Source of the DNA: an uncultured Acidimicrobiia bacterium
Lineage (GTDB): Bacteria > Acidobacteriota > Terriglobia > Versatilivoradales > Versatilivoraceae
Direction of reading: 5' to 3'
Assembly (NCBI GenBank): GCA_963786955.1
Contig: CAWBAT010000006.1
Location: forward strand, 480,001-544,000
Length of the DNA stretch: 64,000 nucleotides
Position numbers and translations under genes: made by a program. The notes beneath the pieces were generated by a model. It ran no database searches. It was not told where the DNA came from and was given only the letters and a program-made list of their open reading frames with translations. Shown here piece after piece: positions 11,280 to 21,385 of this stretch. The stretch's first letter is position 1. Every line of letters starts with the position of its first letter.

Positions 11280-12323
11280 TCATGTATCGCTTTTGAAAAG
11301 AGCTTCCTCGGTGGTTCTTGTATTTAATGGCAATCCATAAGACTGCTTAACGGTGTAGAGTGGACGTGCTCTGACCTCGTCATAAATTCTGGCAATATAC
11401 TGGCCGATGATCCCGAGAGAGAGCAAAATCATGCCACCTAAGAACAGCAGAACACAGATAATCGTGGCAAAGCCATAGGGACCTGCATGCGAGATCAGCC
11501 GGCGATAAGCATAGAAGAGGGCCAATACAAAGCTGCATGCCGAGATGACACAACCAGCATAGTAGATCAGCGTCAAGGGAACAGTTGAAAACGAAAAAAT
11601 CCCGTCCAAGGCAAACTTGGCTAAGCTTCTCACCCCAGACGACTGGCCGGCATAACGAGGTGGACGTTCGTAGGGAATCCCTACTTGCCGAAAGCCAATC
11701 CACGTACGAATCCCGGGAATGTACCGATTATGCTCCCGCATTGATTTCATCAGGTCCACAACTTGACGGCTCATCAAGCCAAAGCACCCTGCGTTCAACG
11801 GCATGGGTGTAGAGGACACGCGGTTCAGTATCTTATAGAAAGTGGCAAAACAAAATCGCTTGAATATACCTTCTTTTCGTTTTTGACGAACTGCGTAAAC
11901 TACGTCGTTCCCTTCTTCCCATCTTCTCAAGAATTCTGGGACAAGCTCTGGTGGATCCTGTAAATCAGCGTTTAATAAGACCACAGCTTCTCCTGAAGCT
12001 TGATCGATACCGGCGCTGAATGCCGGCTGGTTACCGAAGTTACGCCCCAAATCGATAATCTTGTACCGCGAGTCTTGGGTCTGGAGTTCCAACAGAATGG
12101 TAAGAGAACTGTCTGTGCTCCCATCATTGACAAATATCAATTCGAAGTCATACCGATTAGATCTCAAAACTTCCTCGAAATGCCTCGCCAACACTGGAAG
12201 TGATTCTTCCTCGTTATATACAGGAATGACAAGAGAAACTCGACGCTTGGTCATCCCTACCTCCAAATCAGACCTATCCACGAACACCTCTTTCCCCCAT
12301 ACAGCTTGCTTATTGTCTTTCAT
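11280..12323 (-). CDS. GT2 polyprenyl-phosphate glycosyltransferase (GtrB/ArnC-like)
   Basis: VIPVYNEE, VNDGSTD, RNFG, ADLQDPPE, two C-terminal TM helices and YIARIYDEVRARPLY. Confidence 0.9.
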   Translation of the reverse strand: MKDNKQAVWGKEVFVDRSDLEVGMTKRRVSLVIPVYNEEESLPVLARHFEEVLRSNRYDFELIFVNDGSTDSSLTILLELQTQDSRYKIIDLGRNFGNQPAFSAGIDQASGEAVVLLNADLQDPPELVPEFLRRWEEGNDVVYAVRQKRKEGIFKRFCFATFYKILNRVSSTPMPLNAGCFGLMSRQVVDLMKSMREHNRYIPGIRTWIGFRQVGIPYERPPRYAGQSSGVRSLAKFALDGIFSFSTVPLTLIYYAGCVISACSFVLALFYAYRRLISHAGPYGFATIICVLLFLGGMILLSLGIIGQYIARIYDEVRARPLYTVKQSYGLPLNTRTTEEALFKSDT

Positions 12324-12348
12324 TAACCGTTTCCAGCAAAAATGCTAT

Positions 12349-13395
12349 TTATGCAAAGAATCTGTACAAAATAGAGCCACCGGCAGCCGTGATTGGATCA
12401 GGCACGGATTCATCGGTGAACAACTGGGTTAGCTTGCCTAGCAGGTTTCTCGCTTCTTCTCGTGACTGCTGACCGTTCAAATTGGCCGGAAGGTAGCGTT
12501 GATGGACGATGTTTTTCTCGGTGCAGCCGAACTGGCGTTTGAATCGAATTAACCCATCCTGATCATCATCGCTCAGGCCAAGGTCGAGCCCTGTATATCC
12601 ACGCTGTTTAGCCAACTTGATGGCTTCCCAAATCAGTAAATCGTTGGGACGAGAGCCTAGATATATCGGATCCGAAGCGTTGAATTTGTAGTATAAAGTT
12701 CGATCCCATCCTATGAATAAGCTTCCAGCAATTATCTTCCCTTGATAGATCGCAACCATCATAAAGAGCTTTTCGGCCTCAAGAAATGCCTGCCAAACAT
12801 TCTCAAAGAACTGATAGGGTTGCGCCAGGAGACGGTATTTATTCTTTCGAACCTTGAGGTGCATCTGGAAAAATCTTTCCAGGATATTAATGTCCGACAC
12901 GATCTCTACGCGAACACCCTCTTTTATAGCCTTGTTGACCGCCCTTCTTACTGAATTGTGCATCCCTCTCCACAACCGATCAAGGTCCGGTTCGACACTC
13001 AAACCATGCCACTTAGCCCGTTTGTCTGCAGCCAAGCGACTGTCAAGGAGAACGATCGAATTATGCAAACAGCGAAATACCGCCGAGCAGTTTTCCTGAG
13101 CGACGACTTCAAAAATCTTTTCCCAGGTTAGCTTGTCTTCAACCAGCGGGTCACAATAATCTGAAAATGGAAGCGAAACGATCCTTTCCCCCAGAAAATC
13201 ATTAATCTTACAACAAGGGACACCTGCGATTGGTTCACCACTTTTGTCTAGAACCACTATTGCAGATGTTTCAAAGCCATAAGTGGACTGCAAGGCTTTG
13301 ATCCACAACGGTGAATGAAACAGGCTGGAGTGCTGTCGTTGAACCAAACGATCCCAAAGTGGGTTTTTGCAGGGGTCGATTTGGAGCACCGTCAT
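12349..13395 (-). CDS. GNAT/FemAB-like acyl- or aminoacyl-transferase
   Basis: SLPFSDYCDPL, VRRAVNKA, PNDLLIWEAI and LDLGLS..GLIRFKRQFG. Confidence 0.8.
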   Translation of the reverse strand: MTVLQIDPCKNPLWDRLVQRQHSSLFHSPLWIKALQSTYGFETSAIVVLDKSGEPIAGVPCCKINDFLGERIVSLPFSDYCDPLVEDKLTWEKIFEVVAQENCSAVFRCLHNSIVLLDSRLAADKRAKWHGLSVEPDLDRLWRGMHNSVRRAVNKAIKEGVRVEIVSDINILERFFQMHLKVRKNKYRLLAQPYQFFENVWQAFLEAEKLFMMVAIYQGKIIAGSLFIGWDRTLYYKFNASDPIYLGSRPNDLLIWEAIKLAKQRGYTGLDLGLSDDDQDGLIRFKRQFGCTEKNIVHQRYLPANLNGQQSREEARNLLGKLTQLFTDESVPDPITAAGGSILYRFFA

Positions 13396-14417
13396 CTCGG
13401 TACCTCAACGTTTGTCCCATCATTGCGAATCGATTCTTGGATGGCATTAATAACCTTGACAACCTCTAAGCCGTTTTGACCGTCAGTCAAAGGCTTCGCC
13501 CCCTGCTGAATGCAATCAATAAAGTGATTGCATTGATTTTGTAAAGGCTCGCTCATTTCCACCTTCGGACTAATGATATCGCCATCCCGCATTGATAACA
13601 CAAATTGCCCAAAACTTTCGGTGTCCGTGCCGGAACAGACGACCGCTTTCTCATAAACACGAACCTTTTCCAGAATTTCAATGTCGTCAAAAACTACTCG
13701 CTTCTGGCTGCCTACAATCACCACCTCTCGAACACGATTTGGATCTGCCCAACTGACGTGGACGTTAGCAATCACCCCATTCGGGTAAGTCAAAGTGATA
13801 AAGGCTACGTCTTCCCGGCAGTTTCTCAGGACCTTTGCCGCTTTTGCGCTAACGTGATGCGGTTGTTCATTCAGAAGATAGGAGAAGATTGAAATATCAT
13901 GGGTAGCCAAATCCCAGACGACATTCACGTCATTTCGGATCGGTCCCAAACTCGTTCTGGTGGCATACAAATAGTAGATATCACCGATGCCATTTCCGCC
14001 ATTTCTGAGATATTGCTTGAGCTTGCGAATCCCCGAATTATAAAGGAAAACGTGTCCCACCATCAGCGTTAGCTGGTTTCTTTCTGCTAACTCAATTAAT
14101 TCTTGGCCTTCGTGATTTTCCAGTACAAACGGCTTTTCGACCAATACGTGTTTGCGAGCCAATAAGGCGGCTCTTGTCACGCCGTAATGCAACGTTGCCT
14201 GCGTCGCCACGACAATGGCATCTACGTTTCCGTGTGCCAGGAGTTCCTTGTGGTTCGTAAATAGTTCGACTTGCGGGTAGCGTTGACGGATGATTTTTAA
14301 GCGAGTTTCATCCTGATCACAGACTGCCACAATCTGAGATTCGAGAAGCTCGTCAAATACTCGGACATATTTTTGCCCCCACATACCACAGCCGACAACT
14401 CCTATTCGTAAAGTCAT
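13392..14417 (-). CDS. Gfo/Idh/MocA oxidoreductase (nucleotide-sugar 3-dehydrogenase-like)
   Basis: VGCGMWG, HVLVEKP, VGHVFLYN and WDLATHDIS. Confidence 0.88.
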   Translation of the reverse strand: MTLRIGVVGCGMWGQKYVRVFDELLESQIVAVCDQDETRLKIIRQRYPQVELFTNHKELLAHGNVDAIVVATQATLHYGVTRAALLARKHVLVEKPFVLENHEGQELIELAERNQLTLMVGHVFLYNSGIRKLKQYLRNGGNGIGDIYYLYATRTSLGPIRNDVNVVWDLATHDISIFSYLLNEQPHHVSAKAAKVLRNCREDVAFITLTYPNGVIANVHVSWADPNRVREVVIVGSQKRVVFDDIEILEKVRVYEKAVVCSGTDTESFGQFVLSMRDGDIISPKVEMSEPLQNQCNHFIDCIQQGAKPLTDGQNGLEVVKVINAIQESIRNDGTNVEVPR

Positions 14418-14430
14418 CGTTGGTCCTTTT

Positions 14431-15675
14431 TTAGTTATTTAAACGACAAAAATCCTCGATAACCTCGCAGACGTGCACCACCTGTTCGTGGGTCAATTCA
14501 GGAAACATCGGCAAGGAAAGGATTTCATTTGCATATTTTTCAGCTATTGGGAAATCCCCCTTGTTGTAGCCTAAGTCTTTGTACGCTTCCTGAAGATGGA
14601 CTGGGATCGGATAATGAATGCCGGCAGAAATTCCGTTTTCCCGCAATTTGTTTAAAAGGGCGTCTCGATCTTTCACCCGAATGACATAAAGATGATAATT
14701 GTGTTTGACACCATCTATTTCACGAGGCGTGATCACATCGAGATCTTTGAGGTATGTGGTGTATTCACGGGCATGTTCTCTTCTGGCAGAGTTCCACTCG
14801 CCCAGTTTTCGCAATTTCACCCTCAAAATGGCGGCCTGTATTGAATCCAGCCGGCTATTGAAACCCTCGATGATATGTTGGTACTTAACTTTTTGTCCGT
14901 AATTCCTCAGCATTCTTACCTTTTCAGCAATTTCCGGGTTTTGAGTCACAACCATGCCCGCATCACCATAGGCCCCTAGATTCTTGCCCGGATAAAAACT
15001 GAAGCATCCAGCGTCCCCCCATGAACCACATGGTCTGCCTTTGTATTCCGCACCATGTGCCTGACAGGCATCCTCGATTACTTTCAATTGATGCCTTTGA
15101 GCAAGGTCAGCTATTTTTTCTAGGTCGGCAGACTGACCATAAATGTGGACGGGTACGATAGCTTTGGTTCTATTGGTCAATGCACTCTCTATTTTGTTTA
15201 CATCAATGTTGTAGCTTACTGGATCGATGTCGACCAAAACCGGTTTCGCACCCACACTTGAGATCGCCAAAACGGTCGCGATAAAAGTATTTGTTACGGT
15301 GATCACTTCGTCCCCCGGCCCGATATGACAAGCCTTAAGTGCCAGCCGAAGGGCATCTAGACCACATCCGATTCCGACAGCAAAATTTGACTTACAAAAG
15401 GAAGCAAATTCTCTTTCAAACAATTCGACTTCCTCCCCCAGGATGAAGTCTGTGTTTCCCATGACCCTGTCGAGGCCACGGTGCAATTCCTTTGAAAGAA
15501 TCTGATGTTGAATTTTGAGGTCAACGAAAGGCACCTCCAAATTCTTACTCTTTATTTTCGCAGGCCACGCCAATCCATGAGATTTCGGTGTAGATCCACG
15601 CTCAAAACCAATCGGTTTTGATATTCTTAGGGCAATTTTTTTTGGAGCTTTTGAATAATTGGTAGAGTTTTTCAT
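14431..15675 (-). CDS. DegT/DnrJ/EryC1/StrS PLP-dependent sugar aminotransferase
   Basis: [49 protein letters not shown] and LSLPMFPEL. Confidence 0.95.
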   Translation of the reverse strand: MKNSTNYSKAPKKIALRISKPIGFERGSTPKSHGLAWPAKIKSKNLEVPFVDLKIQHQILSKELHRGLDRVMGNTDFILGEEVELFEREFASFCKSNFAVGIGCGLDALRLALKACHIGPGDEVITVTNTFIATVLAISSVGAKPVLVDIDPVSYNIDVNKIESALTNRTKAIVPVHIYGQSADLEKIADLAQRHQLKVIEDACQAHGAEYKGRPCGSWGDAGCFSFYPGKNLGAYGDAGMVVTQNPEIAEKVRMLRNYGQKVKYQHIIEGFNSRLDSIQAAILRVKLRKLGEWNSARREHAREYTTYLKDLDVITPREIDGVKHNYHLYVIRVKDRDALLNKLRENGISAGIHYPIPVHLQEAYKDLGYNKGDFPIAEKYANEILSLPMFPELTHEQVVHVCEVIEDFCRLNN

Positions 15676-15796
15676 TTATTTAACATTAAACCCAATTGCT
15701 TTCATGATGGTAGAGAAACACCGACGATTCAGGTTTCGCCCGAGCCAGCCCCTTACTTGGGCCTATTCATAAAAACGAAATTCAATAGACCAACAC

Positions 15797-15812
15797 AGCA
15801 TTTTCGTTGCCA
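15797..15812 (-). promoter_or_regulatory. Putative sigma-54 (-24/-12) promoter for the DegT operon
   Basis: The minus strand reads TGGCAACGAAAATGCT (GG-N10-GC), about 120 nt upstream of the DegT start. Confidence 0.5.
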
Positions 15813-16229
15813 GCAAAGATTGAGTCGATTGGTGAGTCTTTGGAAGGCTTTTCTCAACTATTAGAGGCCGATGCGAAATCTTTCATTAAGTAATCCTGGC
15901 GATGGAGAGACTCATTTTCTGCTTTATAGCATTCATTTTCCCTTTTTGGGGAATCACTGTCTTGGCTTCAAGCCATTTAGAACAGTATGTATGAACAGAG
16001 GGATCTAACGGGGGGCACCGAACGGAGCCGATGATTCTTTGGTTAGGGTGGAGGGACGAGCTCTTGCGAAACCGCAAGCTAGGACAGACCGGGGGCCTGC
16101 CGATATCAAGAGACTGAATAAATCAGGCGTCGCAGAGCTCCGCCCTCCCGCTCGAATTCTCAAATGGAGGGCAGAGCGTGATTTTAAGAAAAGATCAAAC
16201 CTTAATTGAAGATATTGACTGAGTTTTTT

Positions 16230-18059
16230 TTAGCCTCTGAAATACAGGTAGGCTCCAAGAATGCAAGCCAGAATGAAGCCTGAAGCGGTCACTTCGCGCC
16301 AATCCCAACCAGAACGGGTTCGAAGCTTGTCTTCCTTGGTGGTTGTTTCAAAGGTAAGGCTTTGAATTTTCGCGTAGTCCGGCTCTGAAGTCGCATAGCT
16401 GACAACAACCATGACAATTGCCGAAACTATCGTGATCAACACACTGAAGTACTGAAAATAAATGTTGTTGACCATCCAGAGGATCCCACCGGCGGGGTAT
16501 CCGTCCTGAAATCCCTGCAAACCCAATGTGACCGGAGTGTCAACCAGCATCCGGAAGATGCCCAAGACAAATCCAACGATCATGGACCAGAGCGCACCTT
16601 GGGCGTTCATGCGCTTGAAAAAGACTCCGAGGAAAAAGACGACGAAGATTGGTGGAGCCAGGTAACCTTGAATGGCCTGGAGGTAATTATAGAGTCCGTG
16701 GGCGTTCTTGATGACGGGTATCCAGGCCAACGCAATGAACACCATGATCGCCGTCGCAATGCGGCCAGTGCGCACCAATTGATGCTGCGAAGCGTTCGGC
16801 TTCCACTTCTCATAAAGATCTACCGTGAACAGTGTGGAGCAAGCGTTGAAGACGCCAGCCAGTGACCCCATCAACGCGGAAAGGAGGCCGGCAACCACAA
16901 TCCCTCTGAGCCCAGGAGGCAGGAGAAATTGCACCATCATGGGAAACGATCCTTGGGCAACCGCTGGAATTGCCTGTCCATCAGGCCCGAGCATACTGGC
17001 CAGCTCAGGAATTTTTCCGCTCTTAGCCAAGGCATAGCAGACGAGACCTGGGATAATGAAAAGGTAGACGGGAAAAAGTTTGAGGAATGCCGCGAAGATG
17101 CTGCCTCGGCGAGCGATGGTCTCGTTGGGTGCTCCCAGCGCACGCTGGACGATATACTGATCCGTACACCAGTACCACAATCCGATAATCGGCGCGCAAA
17201 AGAGCATCCCTAACCAAGGAAAATTGCCATTAAAATACCAGGCTTGTTTTACAATCTGTCCGGCGACATTCTTTTCAATGACCGGGGCCCACGTGCCCTC
17301 TACTCCCGCCGGGATTAGCGGTTTCCAGAGATTGAACATATCAGAGCCACACCAATGCCGGAGTTCGCTCCACCCTCCCAGTTTGTTCAAACCGTAAAAT
17401 GTTAAAAGCCCCGAACCCAGGATCAAAATTAAGACTTGAACCGCATCGTTATAAGCGACCGCACGCATGCCTCCGACTATGGTATACAGACCCGTCAAGC
17501 CAATGACCAACACAGAGCCAATCCAGAAGCTGTCAATCACCAGGCTCCCGATGCGTATTTGCATTTCGGGTAGAAGAGTGCTGAAGACAACTCCACCGGC
17601 GAAGATCCCCACCGCAATTTTCGAAACCACGAACGTAATCAGAGAGACGATCGAAAGCACATATCGGGAATTTGTGCTGAAACGCCGCTCCAGAAATTCC
17701 GGCATCGTAAACACCATCGAACGCATGTAAAATGGCACAAATACCCAGGCAAGGACTAACAAACACCAGGCGTGCAATTCATAGTGAGCCATGGCCACGC
17801 CGCTAGTGGCCCCTGCGCCCGCCAGTCCCACCACATGCTCTGACCCGATGTTTGAGGCAAAGATGGAGGCGCCAATGACCCACCAGCCGAGATTCCGACC
17901 AGCCAGGAAGTAATCAGTGGCTGAATCCTTTCCCTGCCGGACCACCCACCAGGCCACACAGAGCAGAATGCTGAAGTAAATAGCGATCACGAGCCAATCG
18001 ATTCCAGTGATATGGGAGTGAACTGAAGCTGTAAGGAGCCAAAGAGGAGCATGGATCAT
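16230..18059 (-). CDS. Sodium:solute (sugar) symporter, SSS/SGLT family
   Basis: DYFLAGR, ASNIGSEH, TMPEFLERRF, WYWCTDQYIVQRAL and ALMGSL..FN..STLFTVDLY. Confidence 0.95.
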   Translation of the reverse strand: MIHAPLWLLTASVHSHITGIDWLVIAIYFSILLCVAWWVVRQGKDSATDYFLAGRNLGWWVIGASIFASNIGSEHVVGLAGAGATSGVAMAHYELHAWCLLVLAWVFVPFYMRSMVFTMPEFLERRFSTNSRYVLSIVSLITFVVSKIAVGIFAGGVVFSTLLPEMQIRIGSLVIDSFWIGSVLVIGLTGLYTIVGGMRAVAYNDAVQVLILILGSGLLTFYGLNKLGGWSELRHWCGSDMFNLWKPLIPAGVEGTWAPVIEKNVAGQIVKQAWYFNGNFPWLGMLFCAPIIGLWYWCTDQYIVQRALGAPNETIARRGSIFAAFLKLFPVYLFIIPGLVCYALAKSGKIPELASMLGPDGQAIPAVAQGSFPMMVQFLLPPGLRGIVVAGLLSALMGSLAGVFNACSTLFTVDLYEKWKPNASQHQLVRTGRIATAIMVFIALAWIPVIKNAHGLYNYLQAIQGYLAPPIFVVFFLGVFFKRMNAQGALWSMIVGFVLGIFRMLVDTPVTLGLQGFQDGYPAGGILWMVNNIYFQYFSVLITIVSAIVMVVVSYATSEPDYAKIQSLTFETTTKEDKLRTRSGWDWREVTASGFILACILGAYLYFRG

Positions 18060-18400
18060 AGTGATGTCCTTATGCAGAAGATGAGCTGCTTAAAAAACTG
18101 AACTGGAGATTCAGGATTCAATGCTTAAAGGCAAGCTTGAGACATGAATTCTAAAAACTCAGAAGATCCCGGCTGCCCCCAGCGGAGCCAGCTACAAAAC
18201 AGACTTTTGCAACTTGGTACTAGGGAATCCTAAAACACGTTGGTACGAACGTCAACGGAATCGCTCGAATTCGTTGCCTAGGAGTTGACGGTAGGTCGAA
18301 AAGATTCTCCCTTTGAAGGGGGGAAGGATGTCTCTGTCGCAGCTAGCACGGTGTTCATAGAGCACCGCGCTAAAAGGTCGGCCAACCGCGGTCATTCCAC

Positions 18401-18712
18401 TTTGGAGTGCGGGAGCTTGCTCCCGCTTTTGGTACGCTAGTTAACTGTCGTCCCGCTTTCAGTTCCAAGTCTGTCACTAGCGGCAGCTTGCTGCCGCCTT
18501 GCGTACCTGCCATCGCGACCTGGCCGCGCTCACTGCAGCGCCAGCTTTAGAAAACCTGGGGTTTACCTCAGAAAACTGATCTGATTCCATTATGTCGCTA
18601 GCAACCTGGCGAGCCTGGACTGCGGAAGCAAGCTTCGGCAGTCCAAATTTCAAAGCGGGAGCAAGCTCCCGCACTCCAAATTGCCTACTCTTTTTCCCAA
18701 ACCACCTCGAAG
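18401..18712. repeat. REPIN module A: inverted REP pair with a conserved spacer
   Basis: TTGGAGTGCGGGAGCTTGCTCCCGCTTT at about 18402 and its inverted copy AAAGCGGGAGCAAGCTCCCGCACTCCAA at about 18652. Internal palindromes at about 18479 and 18616. Confidence 0.85.
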
Positions 18713-19237
18713 TCGTCATGAATCGAAATGCTGTCCGTCTTAAATCCACTGACTGTCTTGACAAAGGCTCGACTCGCGGTTCGCTCAAACCACGCCGCCG
18801 AACACCAGGGATAGCACGAGGAGACCGGCACCACCCTGTGCCGACATGGATTCTGATGTACGTAGTTCAACCGGGCGTAGTAGGAACGTTCATATGTCAA
18901 ATGAGTATCCCAATACTGATGCCAGACCCGCTGCCCGTGGCTGCCGTTCACTCGGTTGGCTTCCCTGGCGGTGATGGAGTGGAGCCGCCGGAGGAGATCA
19001 GGAAGATTGTTCGGATCAAACGGTGAGAGCGCAACGAAGTGATAGTGATTGCTGAAGACCGACCAAGCTTGCAACCGCCAGCCAAATCGGTCCGCTTCTA
19101 CCAACAGGGTAGACTGAAGAAAGTCTAGCAAGATCGGCTTCCTGAAATGGTGGGCCTTCAAGTAAGTTCCTGCCGTAACGATGAAGGCTCCAGGCTCGCT
19201 AAGCTTGTGTACCGGAGGGGTGTGGCCACTGAATCAT
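18685..19237 (-). mobile_element. REP-associated tyrosine transposase (RAYT, IS200/Y1 HUH family); 1-nt frameshift near the 5' end
   Basis: Reconstructed N-terminus MIQWPH..VHKLSEPGAFIVTAGTY; HUH motif FSNHYHFV; VWHQYWD; catalytic Tyr in RLNYVHQNP; YPWCSA. Flanked by REP pairs. Confidence 0.9.
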
Positions 19238-19245
19238 ATTCTTTA

Positions 19246-19490
19246 TGGAGTGCGGCTGCTTGCTCCCGCTTTCACCTTCCACCTCTGCCATCAGTGGCAG
19301 CTCGCTGCCGCGGGAACCTGCCATTTCGACCTGGCTGCGCTCACTGCAGCGCCAGCTCTAGAAGACCTGGAGTTAACCGCAGAAAACTGATCTGTTTCCA
19401 TTATGTCGCCAGCAAGCTGGCGTGTTCAAAAAGCGGGAGCAAGCTCCCGCACTCCAAATTGCCTGCTGTTTTTCCAAAATCGCCCCGAAA
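19246..19490. repeat. REPIN module B, a direct repeat of module A
   Basis: TGGAGTGCGGCTGCTTGCTCCCGCTTT ... AAAGCGGGAGCAAGCTCCCGCACTCCAA, with the shared spacer GCGCTCACTGCAGCGCCAGCT..AGAAAACTGATCTG.TTCCATTATGTCGC. Confidence 0.85.
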
Positions 19491-19647
19491 TAGCCAGATT
19501 CTGTCGTAAGGCTATGGGTTGGCTCCTGATTAGAAAAGTGGGACGCAAAATGGTGGCAGGGTCCATCGAGACCTGTCAAGAATTTTGTGTGAATGGCTGG
19601 GTGGCAAGCGCGCGTGGGACCTCGCAGTGAACATAGCGAAGCTTTGG

Positions 19648-19803
19648 TAGCCACGGCTCGTCCGCCGTACGGCGGACGAGCCGTGGTCATAGGGATTTGA
19701 GCATTCTTTTGCGGACAATCGGAGCCACCGGCCCCGGCTACAAAATCTGGCCCACACAAACGGCCAAGCTCTTGCGGCGGTCTCGGCGAGGCCGCCCTAC
19801 CAA
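19648..19803. repeat. Cluster of GTAG-type palindromic REPs
   Basis: Long palindrome CCACGGCTCGTCCGCCGTACGGCGGACGAGCCGTGG, followed by GGCCCCGGCTACAA and GGCGGTCTCGGCGAGGCCGCCCTAC. Confidence 0.7.
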
Positions 19804-19970
19804 CTTATGGACCCAACAACAGATAAGAGGCTCCCCTTTAACCATCGTTATAAGGTATTATGGGTGGGGCAATCTTTGGGTAGAGACTCGAAAACGGCAG
19901 TGTTTTTTGGACTCCTCACTATTCCGGGCGCCGAGAACAAGAGCTTAAATGACTTTTTCAGGAGATATTC

Positions 19971-21335
19971 ATGGAAAGTGTGTTGAGCTATATCGAAGCC
20001 AATAAAGACCGTTTCCTTGAAGAGTTAAAAGAATACTTGAGAATTCCGAGCATCAGCAACAACCCTGAAAACAGGCAAGATATGTTGCGTTGTGCGCATT
20101 ACTTGATAAATCAGCTCAAGCGGATCGGCATGCAACAAACTCAACTCTTCCCGACTCCAGGTCACCCGATTGTCTATGGCGAATGGCTGGGAGCCCCAGG
20201 CCAGCCGACAGTTCTTTTCTACGGGCATTATGACGTTCAACCTGTCGATCCTCTCGAGCTCTGGGTTTCACCTCCTTTGAACCCACCATTCGAAATGGTG
20301 AGCTTTATGCCCGAGGAGCTGTAGACGACAAGGGCCAGGTTCAAATGAACCTTAAGGGGGTAGAAGCCCACTTAAAGGCTACAGGCAGTCTTCCCGTCAA
20401 CGTGAAGTTTTTGATCGAAGGAGAGGAAGAGGTGGGCAGCGCCAATCTCGACAGCTTCATCGCCGCTCACCCGGAATTGCTCAAGGCTGATGTGGTCTTA
20501 ATCTCTGATTCTCCCATGTTTGATCGAGGGATTCCTTCCATTTGCTACGGTTTGCGAGGCTTGGTTTATATGCAGATTGATCTTAAAGGTCCGCGAGCGA
20601 TCTTCATTCCGGCTCTTTTGGCGGAGCGGTCATTAATCCTAATTTTGCGCTCTGCACAAATCATCTACCCAGCTTAAAAGAGGCACTGGAAGAGTACAAA
20701 TCCCTGGTTTTTACGACGATGTTCTTCCTTTAAGCGACGAGGAGAAAGGAGGAAGTCCGGCGATTGCCTTTCGATGAGGAGAAATACAGTGGAAGATCTG
20801 GCGCCCCAGCTCTATTTGGAGAGGAAGGTTATGGAGTCCTGGAACGACTGTGGGCGCGCCCAACTTTGGAGGTGAATGGTATTTGCGGGGGCTTCATCGG
20901 CGAAGGCGCTAAAACAGTCATTCCGGCTAAAGCCATGGCTAAAATCAGTATGAGATTGGCGCCTAATCAAGACCCAGACAAAATCGCGCAACTTTTCGAG
21001 GATTACGTTAAGAAGATCGCCCCACCGTCTGTAGAACTGACGGTCACCCGGATGCACGGCGGCAAGCCCTGGGTTGCCCCCATCCATCACCCGGCCATCC
21101 AGGCAGCGGCACGTGCACTAGAGAATGGATTCGGAAGCGCCCGGTTTACGTTCGTGAAGGCGGATCCATCCCGGTCGTCGCCACATTTCAGGAGCTGCTT
21201 GGTTTGCCCAGCGTCCTGATGGGTATCGGACTGCCGGATGAAAACTCGCATGCGCCAAACGAAAGGTTGGACCTATTTAACTTCCACCACGGCGTCATCA
21301 GCTCTGCATGGTTCTTTAATGAGATGAAGAAGTAA
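19971..21335 (+). CDS. M20 family metallo-dipeptidase (frameshifted)
   Basis: YGHYDVQP, ARGAVDDKGQ, EGEEEVGS, DLHSGSFGG, RLWARPTLEVNG, GGSIPVV and HAPNE across fragments. Confidence 0.9.
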
Positions 21336-21385
21336 GCGGTTGGCGCACTTCAATTCCAAAGGTCGCCTTTCACTCCTTCCGTTCC

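Noticed and set aside
19530-19580. GAAAAGTGGGACGCAAAA resembles the core of a c-di-GMP-I riboswitch
   Set aside because: The upstream GGCAAA and the strand that should pair with AGTGG are missing, and no convincing P3 stem follows.
18477-19948. ORFs such as 18477..18788, 19147..19509, 19403..19630 and 19373..19759
   Set aside because: They are translations of GC-rich REP palindromes or antisense to the RAYT gene (recurring ASSRTP and WSAGACSR peptides).
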